Below, piece by piece: positions 39,351-50,880 of a stretch of 64,000 bases of DNA. The translations under genes and the position numbers were made by a program. This DNA comes from Podarcis melisellensis (lineage: Eukaryota). The notes under the pieces were generated by a model, which had not been told where the DNA came from, ran no database searches, and saw only the letters and a program-made list of their open reading frames with translations. Each line of letters starts with the position of its first letter. Position 1 is the first letter of the stretch. The stretch lies in the NCBI GenBank assembly GCA_964234715.1, contig OZ174276.1. The stretch is one strand, 5' to 3'.

Positions 39351-42016
39351 TTTGTACCATTTCTTCAAAAGTTATGTTTTTTAATTCTGGGAATTGAAGC
39401 TCAAATTCTGGCCATTGCACTTTGATTTCTGCCTGAAGTGATGAGAGGTGGGGGCTGAGCATGAAGAAGCTAAGAATAGACGCGGGACAGGGGCAAAAAG
39501 TGGGGAAAGAACAGCAATCATGGGACTGATGTATCCCTTTTCTGGGGTCAAAGAAAGTGGCAAACTGTTGCGCAGGTGCAATATGTTAGCAGACAGATGT
39601 GAGAAGTGTGGCTGTTGACAAGGGTATCACAAGGTCAGGAATGCAGCGACTTTTAAATTGGGTAAGCTGCTGAAAATTGTCATCTTAATTGGAAGTGTAT
39701 TTATAGCACTGATCAGCTGCTTAGCACTCTTAGTCCTGTGAGTACTATGCACCTTGTAAACCAAGAGGCTAGGGAAACCAGTCTTAACACCTATGCTGTG
39801 CTTTTCTACAGAGATGGAATTAGAGTGGTTTGGGTTAAAAAAATTGTAGCACTGTTCCACATTAACACTACAGAATATAGTATAAGGTGTTGATTTCCTT
39901 TAATTCAGCACAGCATTTGCTACCATCCTGAGAATACTTTCCTGACATAGCCAAAGCTAAATCAATACAGTTCACCTGGCAGCAGTTCGTCCGTTTGCTG
40001 AAATGCACATATTTTCTCTTCGCATATATAAAAAGACAAAATGTAATCTAGAGGAAGCCTTTGGCAAGCCTGCAGAAATGCCATTATTTTGGCAGCTTGC
40101 CGTGTTATCTTAACAGGTATTAACAAGGCAATTGAAATGGGTGGAACACATCTATAGAGAAGGTGGGATAACAGGAAAGGGAGTTCCTATAGCAATTTCT
40201 GTTTATTGTAAAGGTGAAAGAGTGATTATCTGAGGAAGAGGGATTTGAGTGTTGGCTCTTTTTCTATATCAAGTAGTTTGTCCTTAAGCACTTGAAAACA
40301 TATGTTTACACAGATACATACAAATTATTTTGTATGCCTAAAGTCCCCACAGGTGCATTATCTAATACAACGTTTGAAGACGCTTTGCTCATCACAATTA
40401 AATTGGCTATAACCAAGAAAAATACAAATGTTGAATGTGATGCTGCATAAGATGAACCTAACATGTCATCCACTCTGATGTTTACTGACTCTGTAGGGTA
40501 TGCTATATTGAGTAAATATATTTCAATATTCTGAACAAAATTCTTACCTTGACTGTGTGAATTCATTGGCAACTTTCCTGGGAAATATGGTAACACGATG
40601 GTTACAATCCAAATGTGGTTTTTAAAAAATGTATCTTATAGTGATATTTTAGAATCTACTATAGGAAAACATTGCAGTGTGGAGTGCTAACTCATTACAC
40701 TGGATCATTTTGAAGGTTTACATTTTCTTTATGGAACATCTTTCACGTGCTATTCCAGTCTCATTCTGTTTTGTTGTTGTTACTTTAATCAATGACATTG
40801 CTCACGGTTGTCCTATTTTGGCATCATATATATCCACACATAGGCAATGGCAGGAGTAGGTTTCAGCATACCAGGGGGCCTGCTGAAGCATATCAGGCTT
40901 TTTTTTCCTTTAAAAAAGCCCCTCTGGCTTCTCCAAAACTGTCTGCTGGCAGTGACAAGGGGCTAAACATGCTACATTGAAAGTATACTTTATATTTGAC
41001 TTTCTTCAGTAATGTTTTATTTTGTGTTTTAACATGTTGTAAACTGCTTTGGTGTTTTTTTTTTTTAACAGTATAAAGTGGTATAGAAATGAAATGAATA
41101 ATAACATACATTGGGAAGAATTCAGTGTAGCACTAAGCAGATCACTCTGCCAAAGCAAGCATTTTTTATTTTTGCTTGCTGATGGAACAGTCACCCTCTC
41201 CTGCCCCTGGGCACTTTTCTGGGGGTTCTTCTGAAGCCAATACAGAAGATAGGTGATGGGAGAAAATAGAATCAAAGTCCTACGGCGCTAGTGGGAGTCC
41301 TTGTGCATTCATGCTGACCTCTGATATTGTTAGCAAAACAAACAAACAAACAAACCACCCAGCAGGCAGGCTGTAAAATTCTCAGTTGGTTTGGGCAAAG
41401 CTGGTGAGTGGGAAACTAGACTTGAGCCTAACTTCTCTTCCTCATATGATGTATTAACTGTAAAAGGGCACTCTTCATTTGCAATTTAAATGATTATGGG
41501 GTGGCATCAGAGAATGCAATGTCCCATGGTGTGCATTCTGTGAGTGCAAGCTTTTTCCTTCCCTCCATGATAACTGTATGTCAAAAAGAAAATGAAAAGA
41601 GCTCCCACATGTACCTTTAGCTCAGTGCTACGTTCTGCCCAAGAGAGGAACTTCTGTTGCGGTGTTGATCCTCTGAGCCCTGAACCAAGCTTCAAGATAG
41701 TTTTGGAGCTGGGTGTACGTGCAGGCGAGAGAGAGAAAGTGTATAAGTAAACACATATTCCTGATGACATGAAAGGGCTACGTAGCTGCAGTTCATTTCT
41801 CTTGAATGAGGATATTCCTGGATACAGTGTGCAATACATCTTCATTTCCCTGAACTCAGCACCATGGAATCAAATATATATAAGCCCACTGCCAGCCTTT
41901 CTACTTGAACAAGGCACTTATAGATGCTGATTATCTGCACTGCATTGCTTTCAGAAGGATGTGCCTTTGAATATGTGCCCAAATGCTCATCTCACTTAAA
42001 GAAACACAGTGTAGAT

Positions 42017-42142
42017 CAACCTCGGTCCTCCAGATGTTTTTGGCCTACAACTCCCATGAACCCTAGCTAGCAGGATCAGTAGTTAGGGGTGATGGGAATT
42101 GTAGTCTAAAAACATCTGGAGGGCCTAGGTTGAGGAAGCCTG
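42017..42142. mobile_element. Palindromic hAT MITE (left TIR partly deleted)
   Basis: CAACCTCGGTCCTCCAGATGTTT...AAACATCTGGAGGGCCTAGGTTGAGGAAGCCTG; 8-bp TSD GTGTAGAT (42009-42016, 42143-42150). Confidence 0.85.
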
Positions 42143-43334
42143 GTGTAGATAGTATGCATTTGCATTGATCCAAAAGGTGATAAAAGTGTGATAAGGCTGC
42201 TTCCACTGATCTTGTTAGGATGGATTTGGGCAGGGAACCATAGGTATGTGTGGAGAGAAATGCTGAAAAGAAGGGAAAATGCCATCCTCAGTGTTTAGAC
42301 ACTTCCTGCTTTCCACTCCCTGTTCTCTTTTTAGTTTTGTACTTGTTTAGCTACTTGATGACATAGTGTACTACTTTCTACCCATTCTTAAGCATTTTGA
42401 TGACCTAAGTTTTAATGAAAAATAAGTTCAAATTCAAAAAAAAAAATTCTAAGCATCCAAAGGTGAAAATAGATAAATCAAGCTGCTTCATAGGAGCATT
42501 CAGCTTATGATTAGTATATTACAGGCCTTGGCTAGCCAAGTGCTGCTAATTTAAGATCTGGTTCCATTCACTGCTGAGCTCACACACCTGCTGTCAAGCT
42601 GCCCTAAAGTGTTTCTGGTGCCCAGGAGCAGAAGAGGCATAAGTACAAACAGCTGATGCTAAATTATGAAAAGCTGGATATTTACCAAGGAAAAATCACA
42701 TCAGCAATCTGCCATTGCAAACAGGAACCTGTCTCATTTCTCGGATTGTACTTTTGCAAAAATGCCAGTATTTGCCTCCTTCAGTAGCGTATGGTGCAAA
42801 TCAATGGATTCATAAATTTGGCATGTTCTTGGAAATTAACATTCCGATTGCACTTTATATTCCTGGGCCACCAATTCCTGATTCAAATGGCCACTCGGCT
42901 TCAGAGAGGATGGCATCAGTTGCATAGTTTCTTTTCTCATAGTCATCTCCTCACCTGTAGCAGGAAGGCAATGAGAGCTCCAACAGTGCAGTAGCCACTG
43001 GATCCAGTCCAATGAGGAAATACTGAATTCCAACCTATATTGCTTCAGGTCCGTTCCCCCCCCCCCCCATACTGCTGAGCAGACAATAAGTTATAAGAAA
43101 TGTCCTCTGTTTGGGGAGATTTTGCATACTCTTAACACAATCTATTCTGCATGATTATCTGAAAGGATACAGTTTGCTGCAGCAATGTTTTATTAAAAGA
43201 TCAATAGTGGAACTATATGTTTTAACTGGTTTTTGTTGTAAGGAAGCAGTATATAGTGAGAACCCCTTCTTAACTGCTAATAAATAAATACCGTACGTGC
43301 AAACTATTCTTAAGGCTAGAATTTCCTATTTAAA

Positions 43335-43667
43335 AAGGTAAAGGGACCCCTGGCCATTAGGTCCAGTCGTGACCAACTCTGGGGTTGCAGTGCTCATCTC
43401 GCTTTATTGGCCGAGGGAGCCGGCGTACAGCTTCTGGGTCATGTGGCCAGCATGACTAAGCAGCTTCTGGTGAACCCGAGCAGTGCACAGAAACACCATT
43501 TACCTTCCCGCCAGAGTGGTACCTATTTATCTACTTGCACTTTCAAACTGTTAGGTTGGCAGGAGCAGGGACTGAGCAATGGGAGCTCACCCCGTCACGG
43601 GGATTCTAACCGCTGACCTTCTGATTGGCAAGTCCTAGGCTCTGTGGTTTAACCCACAGTGCCACAC
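43335..43667 (-). mobile_element. Sauria SINE (intermediate-age subfamily)
   Basis: AAAGGTAAAGGGACCCC tail, CCTATTTATCTACTTGCAC core, GGTTTAACCCACAGTGCCAC head. Confidence 0.92.
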
Positions 43668-45749
43668 TCATCGGGCCTGCAAAAAATATCTGTTAAATAT
43701 TTACCTTGCTGTCAACATTTTTCTCCTGACTAATTGCCTACTGCCCTCCCTGGTCTTTCAGGTTCCACACTTAAGCAGAATTGGCCTTTTTTTGTGTGAG
43801 TCTCCATAGAGTAGGTTGATCCAACTGGAAGTGAAGAGCTACTGCTGTTGCTGGTATGAGACGGAGTGTTTTATCCACTTAAAAAAGATTATTTGTCTCT
43901 TGAGTGTGAAACATCACTTTCTTTGCTTGGTACAGAGTACAGAGATAAGTATGCATATCTGCATTTGTATATGTTTGTCATGTGTTACATGGGAGGTAAG
44001 ACTCTATAAAGCTGAAAACTATTTTAGTTGAAAGTTGTTCCAGGACTAATCTGAGAGAAGCAGAGAATTTAGATGTGTGTGTATATGCAAATATGGTTTA
44101 AATATGCAAAATGCTGGTGTAATTGATAAGAATATAACAACACAATATAACATCACAATAACTGCTGTATCAGTCCAATGGGTCCTGTTCTCGCTGTGGC
44201 CAACCAGATGCCTGTGGGATACATTACTGGATTTAAAATCTGAGCATGTATCAATTGAAATGGCTTTGATTGGGTTGCAACTCTTAAACTACTAAGTTAT
44301 TTGCAGACTTTGGGCCCTGAATTTCTGGAAAACAGATGGAGACTCCTAGCATGTGTCTGCTTTGAACTTTCATTTGTTGTACTTGATCCTTCCAGACACT
44401 TCCAGCTAAAGTATTGTAATGGTCAGTGTTTTGTTTTGAGTTTTGGAGATACGTGTATTTTTATGAATGATAGATGAGTTTGAGGCTTTGACACTGTTGC
44501 TTATGTATATGGAAAGTTTGTGTTTAAGTGAGAAGATGGTTGCTCTAGATGCACTTGCAAATGTACATCTCACACAGGAAAAAATGTTTCCATCTTGCAC
44601 TGAAAATCTAGATGATCTCTCTGGTAAAATTGAATCCTAGTAAAATGAAGTCTTGATGATTGGGAGAGGACATTTAAACAAAACCTTTGAATAAAGTTGC
44701 TAAATATAAATCAGTGGCTTGTTTCTCCAAAAACTGCTTCAAGACTTCTTTCAGTCCTGTCAATCAGCATGCAGCTTTTATGGGTTGGCTCTGAAGAGCC
44801 TGTTCAATTAGGTCTCCTTGTGTAATCTCCAGATGAGCTTTATGGTTCTGTCTGTGGAATACAGATTTTGCCTGCAACAAAATGAGAAACGATTAGCTGT
44901 GTGCTTTCTGGGCCTTTAAACAACTGGAAACAGCACAGCCCATTGCCAAGCTTTTAAAAAGGCACAAGATAATGCGGTCTCAACTACTTAACATTGCTGC
45001 TTATTATCACATAAATCAAATTCAGCTTTCCTTTTCTCCTAATGATAACTCGCATCATACTTTATATGCAGTCATAATTTTCACATCATCCCTGTCAATG
45101 TTCTTATAACCCATTTACCCTTGGACAGGGGTAAAGAAACAAAACCTTTGCATAGTGACTTGCATAGTGAATTCACATGCAAGGTGATGATGATATGCTT
45201 CATAGTCGATCACTGCCATCACAGAATAATACGAACTGTTTAAATGACAGGATTTTAAAAAACCATTTTGCATTGCACAGCATCCCCCAAAGAAGGCAGA
45301 AAATACTGTGGAATATTTGTTGTCACCAAATGAGTAATTATTTTCCTTTTTATTATTAAACAGAGAGATGCCCTCCATCTGAGCCAGGATATCTACAAGC
45401 TTGGATGGCAGTGTCCTAGGTAAGTGAAATGTTATCATCTTTCAGTTCAGACTTTTATCTCTAATGGTTTTTCCTTCTCCCTATTTGTCACTGATAAGTG
45501 CACCATGTGGCTTCATCTACTTGAAAGATTAACAGGTGTCTACTCATCAAAAAGACAGCTTTTGAGCAAACTCACAGGCTTTGAGAAAACTTGCCTGCTT
45601 TTTACTAATGCTTCTTTTCACAAATCCTGGATATTAGCGGCATTTTTAATATCACAATATTGCAAAATGTTGGAATATGCAGTGCTCCCCATCTTCACCA
45701 TTCATCCAGCTGGGGCCTTTTCCAGGACACTCCATTTCATTTTAAGAGT

Positions 45750-45850
45750 GTGGCCTGAAGGCACATGAGGCCCCCATCTTGCTGAAGCTAAGCAGGTCAG
45801 TGCCTGGATAGGAAACTGATTGGGGACTATGTACGCTGCCTTGGATTCCA
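45750..45850 (+). mobile_element. 5S rRNA-derived SINE head (SINE3-type) relic
   Basis: GAAGCTAAGCAGG (45784-45796) equals the 5S box A region, followed by AGTGCCTGGATAGGAAAC...TGGGGA resembling 5S AGTACTTGGATGGGAGACC...TGGGAA. Confidence 0.55.
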
Positions 45851-48259
45851 AGATTATTCACTGGGCTGTTTACAATATAAAAACACAAAAATATATAACA
45901 TGGAAGAAAAGAAATGTAAAATACCCTCCTGACTTTCTGTCCTCATCCCCTACAGATACTTGGAGCAAGCTCGATCCTTATTGGACTATTTTGATTTAAA
46001 ACATGAAGAAAAATAGTACCTACCAGGTAATTCCATTAGATCCAAAGAGACAAGGCCATTATGATGTGGCACTCCTAGCTGATGCTGGCATAAATTCAGC
46101 AGCCTGCTTTCATGTTTCAGAATGCTAGAACCTATGCTTTCAGATCGGCTGAGTGTTAACATTAAAAACCTGTTACTGATAGCCAAAAAACCCACTTATT
46201 ATAAACCCTAGAATAAGAAGACTAGATTCTTCCTTCCTGAATGGAGGCTATCATAGTTAATATCAATCACCAAGAGAGCTACAGTAAATAGGCATCTTTG
46301 AGCTTCTTTCTGACTGTTTGAAAGGTCAGTTATTTCCTGCACACCCTCTTTCCCCATGTATGCTGCCAAAGCAATTATATGCATTTCTACCATAAGGAAT
46401 AGAAAATGGAACATGAAGTGCTGTCCATTGCCAAGTTGCCTAATTTTGTTGTGTTGCCCTTGTGGAATTGAAGTGAGGAGCAATCAATGTTTGTTAGTAA
46501 ATATATTAGGTAAATGGAATAGGTCATACATTAGATTATTTTTTTCGAACACCACATCTTCCCAAATATTGCACATAAACATAAATTTCTAATGCCCCTC
46601 TTTTGCTGTTTTTCTGCACTCCTTTGCAAAAGGATATGAAACAGTTCACAGGAAGATAGGAGCCATGGAAGGATATAAAATTATCCTTATTATTGATCCA
46701 ACCAATTCAACAATCCTTTACTCAGATGCAGCCCATGTGACATTGCCCATCTAGGCAAGAGTATGGATTGAGATGTACATTTCACTGTGCATTGAAAGCC
46801 ATATCACACTGAAAAATAATGCTGTGTAAATGCACATCTAAATGGGGATGTTGTCCATTCATAATATATTACACATCCAAATCTTCATCCCTGTTGTGCC
46901 TCAACTCTTTATGCATAACTGACTATGACTGAGTGATGTGTTAGGATGAAAAGTTTTTTATAGTACACTATTGGCAATCAATGAAAGTAGTACAGTGTGG
47001 CAAGATACCTATGTATCAGCCAGGTTGTTCTGGCAATATGAATGCATTCCATCTCCCACCACCACCACCACCAACATTCAGAATGAGAAAGTGAGAACTG
47101 TTAATTACCCCCAGTGAATACACCTACTGTAGCTGACTCTGACTGGGTCTATGGTGCTATGACATAATCATGTTTGCTACACGATCCTTGATTGGTTGGG
47201 GTCAAGGAGGAAAGTAAAATACTTAAGAAAAAAACTTACTGTACAGTTCACATTAAAAACAGAGGAGGCTGATCCATTAGAGTGAATGGATCAGTCAGCC
47301 CTCAGTGAGCACCCCCCACCCTTCTTGCCTGTCTTCTTACAATCACTCCTTACATTAACTTCTTTTTAGTCTCTGCGTTGATGGAACAAAATTTAAATGA
47401 GTTACCTCTATATCATTGGCTCTGGCTCCCCCTGCCATTGGGCTCAAAAAAACAAAACAAAAAAGCACCCCTACACTGAAATGGTCCAGGCTTTCTTTTT
47501 CTTTTATTTTTTTCTTCTCCCTCTTTTTTCTTTTTCTTTTTGAAAAAAAATCCAGGAATAGGGGAAAAGGCTAAAGAAGACAAACTTTGAGTATTCAAAA
47601 TAAAGGACTATGAATTCTTGATTCATAAACAGACATTTTTGAATGTAGTTTCAAAGCCTAGAAAGTGTCGTCCCCCCGCCCCCAATCTTCATGTATTTTC
47701 TGTACAGGAATGTACAGGAACGTATTTCTAACAAGAGATAAATAAAGTTTTTAAGCTTTCTCAAAGCCACCTGCAGAATACCATTCTCTGTTGCATAGGG
47801 TCGTGATCAAAAACTGTAAATCATGACTTGTCTGTGGACCAATTAGAGACACCCCCCACAACAAATAAGGATTTTTGTTCAGAGCTGTATTATAGAATAT
47901 AAGTGATTAATTCTTTTAAGTGGTTGTAATAACTGTCTTTGTTGGTTTGGTTAGATTGTTGTATTTACTGTGGTTTTCGTGATAGTGTGAGCTGCCTTGA
48001 GTAGGCTTTTCCCCAAATGTAGCATATAAATAATTTTATAAAAAGGAGAGGAAATAGTAAGAACATGAATTGGCATGGGTTGTTTAGCATCCCAGCACTG
48101 GGATTGATATATGGATTTTAGGTTGTTGTTTTTTTCTTAGTATGATGTTTTCATTTAAAGTTATTACATTTTAGGTTAGGAGAAAATACATATGAAGTTG
48201 AGTGGAGAACATTAAAATTATAACTCATAAATAATCATTTTTAAAGAGGGTAGGTTTAA

Positions 48260-48302
48260 ATGTGGCTGGGGAAACCTAGCCAGATCGGCGGGGTATAAAT
48301 AA

Positions 48303-48341
<39 letters not shown>
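48260..48341 (+). mobile_element. Very short L2-type 3' end with (ATT)n tail
   Basis: GTGGCTGGGGAAACCTAGCCAGATCGGCGGGGTATAAATAAATTATTATT...; similar stub at about 14305-14360. Confidence 0.75.
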
Positions 48342-48343
<2 letters not shown>

Positions 48344-48369
48344 AAAATGTAAAGAGTTTGAAATAAAAG

Positions 48370-49400
48370 GCAGTTGCTATGCCATCAGACAAACTTTGCT
48401 GCCCAAATCTTTGCCAAAATACAAGCTTCCCGTGGGGTTTTTTTAATAACCGTAGTCCGCCTGTGTCATAATAGGAAACTTGCTTGTGTATTCAGTAGTT
48501 GAAGGTGCCAACAGAGTTCCGCATCACTTTTATTTTTGTCACCTAAATCGTTATCTGCATTTTTAAATGATGTTTTACAGCGTACACTGCCATGATAAAA
48601 TTTATGACATGGTGGTACAGAAGTAATTTTATAAATATATAAATAAGGTAGTTATTTTGATCAAGAAGCAAACAATTTTGTGCAGTAACATTGAGACATG
48701 GTGCCGTCTGCAGCTGTTAAACAAAACAGCTCAGTGTGGGATTTAAAATGTTTGTGATAACATTGGACAAACATGCCAAGATAAAGGGAAAGGTGGCAGT
48801 GATCCTTGGTTTTACTTTTGTTTTCCTTTGGTAAAAAAGCAAAGTAACTAGGAAAATCAAAGAATGCTCTCCATAGATTTTCACTCGCCTCCTACCCCCA
48901 CTCCCAGCCACTGCCCATTCTCTTAGAGTTGCCTGTGTGTTGTGCTTGTCTATGAACCTCCCACACTGAGGAATTGCTGAATGTTAATGACAGTCTATAA
49001 GCCTGTGACACTTGTAGCGCTTTATCAATCAAATGCAGCGCATTCTGCCAGTTCGGCCACCTGTCCCACTCCATCAGTGTCAGAAAGCATTTCACAGAAG
49101 GCCACAGGTGCCAGCTGTCATTCTGAAAGCAGCATCGGAATGGCCCTAGGATAAGTGTATTTAGGAAATTTCCTCGGATTGATTTTGTGGTCCCAACAGC
49201 CTTATTTTGAGTTTGTTTACAAAAGAAAAACAAAACATGCAAATGACCGGTTTAATAATAAATGAAACCGTGAAGATGACATAAGGATTTGTGACTGGGA
49301 GTTTCACTGTGTATAGTAGGATACCAGTACTGAGACTTGTTAATTCCTGTTGCTGCTGACAAGTGACAGTAAAGGTATGCATGGCTATTTTGATCTGCTT
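48370..49400. promoter_or_regulatory. Candidate conserved developmental enhancer (PBX/MEIS/HOX, E-box, FOX, OCT motifs)
   Basis: TGACAG 48988-48993, ATCAATCAA 49024-49032, CACCTG 49058-49063, CAGGTG 49105-49110, CAGCTGTCA 49112-49120, GGAAATTTCC 49164-49173, TGTTTAC 49214-49220, ATGCAAAT 49237-49244; no repeat recognised, CpGs retained. Confidence 0.5.
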
Positions 49401-49587
49401 CTACTTCATATTCATGTTAAGTTCTACCACAAATACTTAATCCAGTTTAAAGCTGGGAAATATAATGGATTGGATTATAAATTCCTGTGAGGGAGACTCC
49501 CACTGGTGGAAGGGGGGAGGCAAATTTTAGTTATTCCCCCTGAACCATCTGAAAATCTGCAGCAGAGGATTTGGGGACCCTCCAGAA

Positions 49588-49841
49588 CAGGGATCAGCAA
49601 ACATATTCAGCAGGGGGCCAGTCCGCTGTCCATCAGACCTTGTGGGGGGCTGGACTATATTTTTTTGGGGGGGAGGATAAACGAATTCCTAATGCCCCAC
49701 AAATAACCCAGATATGCATTTTAAATAAAAGCACACATTCTGCTCATGTAAAAACACGCTGATTCCCGGACTATCCACGGGCCGGATTTAGAAGGTGATT
49801 GGGCTGGCTATGGCCCCTGGGCCTTAGTTTGCCTACCCATG
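49588..49841. mobile_element. hAT (Charlie-like) MITE
   Basis: TIRs CAGGGATCAGCAAAC / GTTTGCCTACCCATG; perfect 8-bp TSD CTCCAGAA (49580-49587, 49842-49849). Confidence 0.9.
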
Positions 49842-50361
49842 CTCCAGAATAACAAGAGGTGGTAGCACTGGAGGATACTGGATGAAAGCAGAATTGGTAA
49901 GAATCACCTTGTCTCCCACTTGTCCCCCAAAGGAGCTTCTCTCAGTAAGAGTCATTTCGATGAATTGAAGGAGTCCTTCCAAGGTCTATAACTGACTTGC
50001 TTTTTTTAAAAAAAAACACCACCAAAATGACTTTTGTAGCTGTCTTTGCCACCTGCCTAAAACAGGAGTGAGAAACCATTTTTCTGTTGAGGATTGCATC
50101 CCCTCAGGGCTGATCTGGGTTTTTTTTTTTGGAGGGGGGCACATACATGGGTGTGTGAAGCTAGAGCCCAAAGTGGACAGCATGTGGGGGCAGCATGTCT
50201 TGAATGAGATTGCACTGCCCTTTGACACAGCGCTAGTGTTAGATGTACAAGTGGCATAAGTGGCAAGGAGTGCCTTTACCAGATTTGGCTGGTATATCAG
50301 CTATGGGCCTACTTGATGAAATAGAACCCCACTGCAGTTACTCAGAACCTAGCTAGCTCCA

Positions 50362-50498
50362 NNNNNNNNNNNNNNNNNNNNNNNNNNNNNNNNNNNNNNN
50401 NNNNNNNNNNNNNNNNNNNNNNNNNNNNNNNNNNNNNNNNNNNNNNNNNNNNNNNNNNNNNNNNNNNNNNNNNNNNNNNNNNNNNNNNNNNNNNNNNN
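50362..50498. other. Assembly gap (N run)
   Basis: 137 consecutive N. Confidence 1.
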
Positions 50499-50722
50499 CA
50501 CAGTCTTTTAAGTTTGCGATAGCATTATGTATTTTTTTAAAAAAAATACCCAATCTGCGTACCTTAATTAATGTGACACAGAAACTCGAGGTAAACATAT
50601 GCTTTTGGGAAAATGGTGCTGATAGACTTGCTGGATACAAGCTTGCCACAAACCTTCAAGTGTAGCAATACTGTATCTGTGAAGTACAATGAAACAAACT
50701 GCAATAGAATGAGGTATGCCTG
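50499..50722 (-). mobile_element. Tigger1-like (pogo/TcMar) internally deleted DNA transposon (MITE), running into the gap
   Basis: Minus strand starts CAGGCATACCTCATTCTATTGC...TTGAAGGTTTGTGGCAAGCTTGTATCCAGCAAGTCTATCAGCACCATTTTCCC...CTGTGTCACATT (like the Tigger1 5' end as recalled), then jumps to TAATTAAGGTAC...ACATAATGCTATCGCAAACTTAAAAGACT (like the Tigger1 3' subterminal region). Confidence 0.8.
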
Positions 50723-50880
50723 TTTGTGAGGTTGCCCTTGAAAACCTTTAAGAAACTGTTACTGTTGCAAAAATGTTGCTGCCAGGCTATTGACTGGAAC
50801 AAGACGTTTCAGACATATTACACTTGTTCTGCTTGATTGTCATTAGTTGCCAGTTTGATTCCAGTCTCATTTCAAAGCTT
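50723..50880 (+). mobile_element. L2 LINE ORF2 relic
   Basis: Frameshifted translation LPLKTFKKLLLLQ/NVAARLLTGTRRFRHITLVL...LPV...FK, matching L2 LQ.VQNAAARL.....HITP.L..LHWLP. Confidence 0.8.

Noticed and set aside
40548-40577. Possible 30-nt minus-strand microexon (CCCAG|...CAAG|GTAAGA)
   Set aside because: No recognisable peptide; cannot be linked to other exons
45784-45830. 5S rRNA gene
   Set aside because: Only a partial, internally deleted match; treated as a SINE relic
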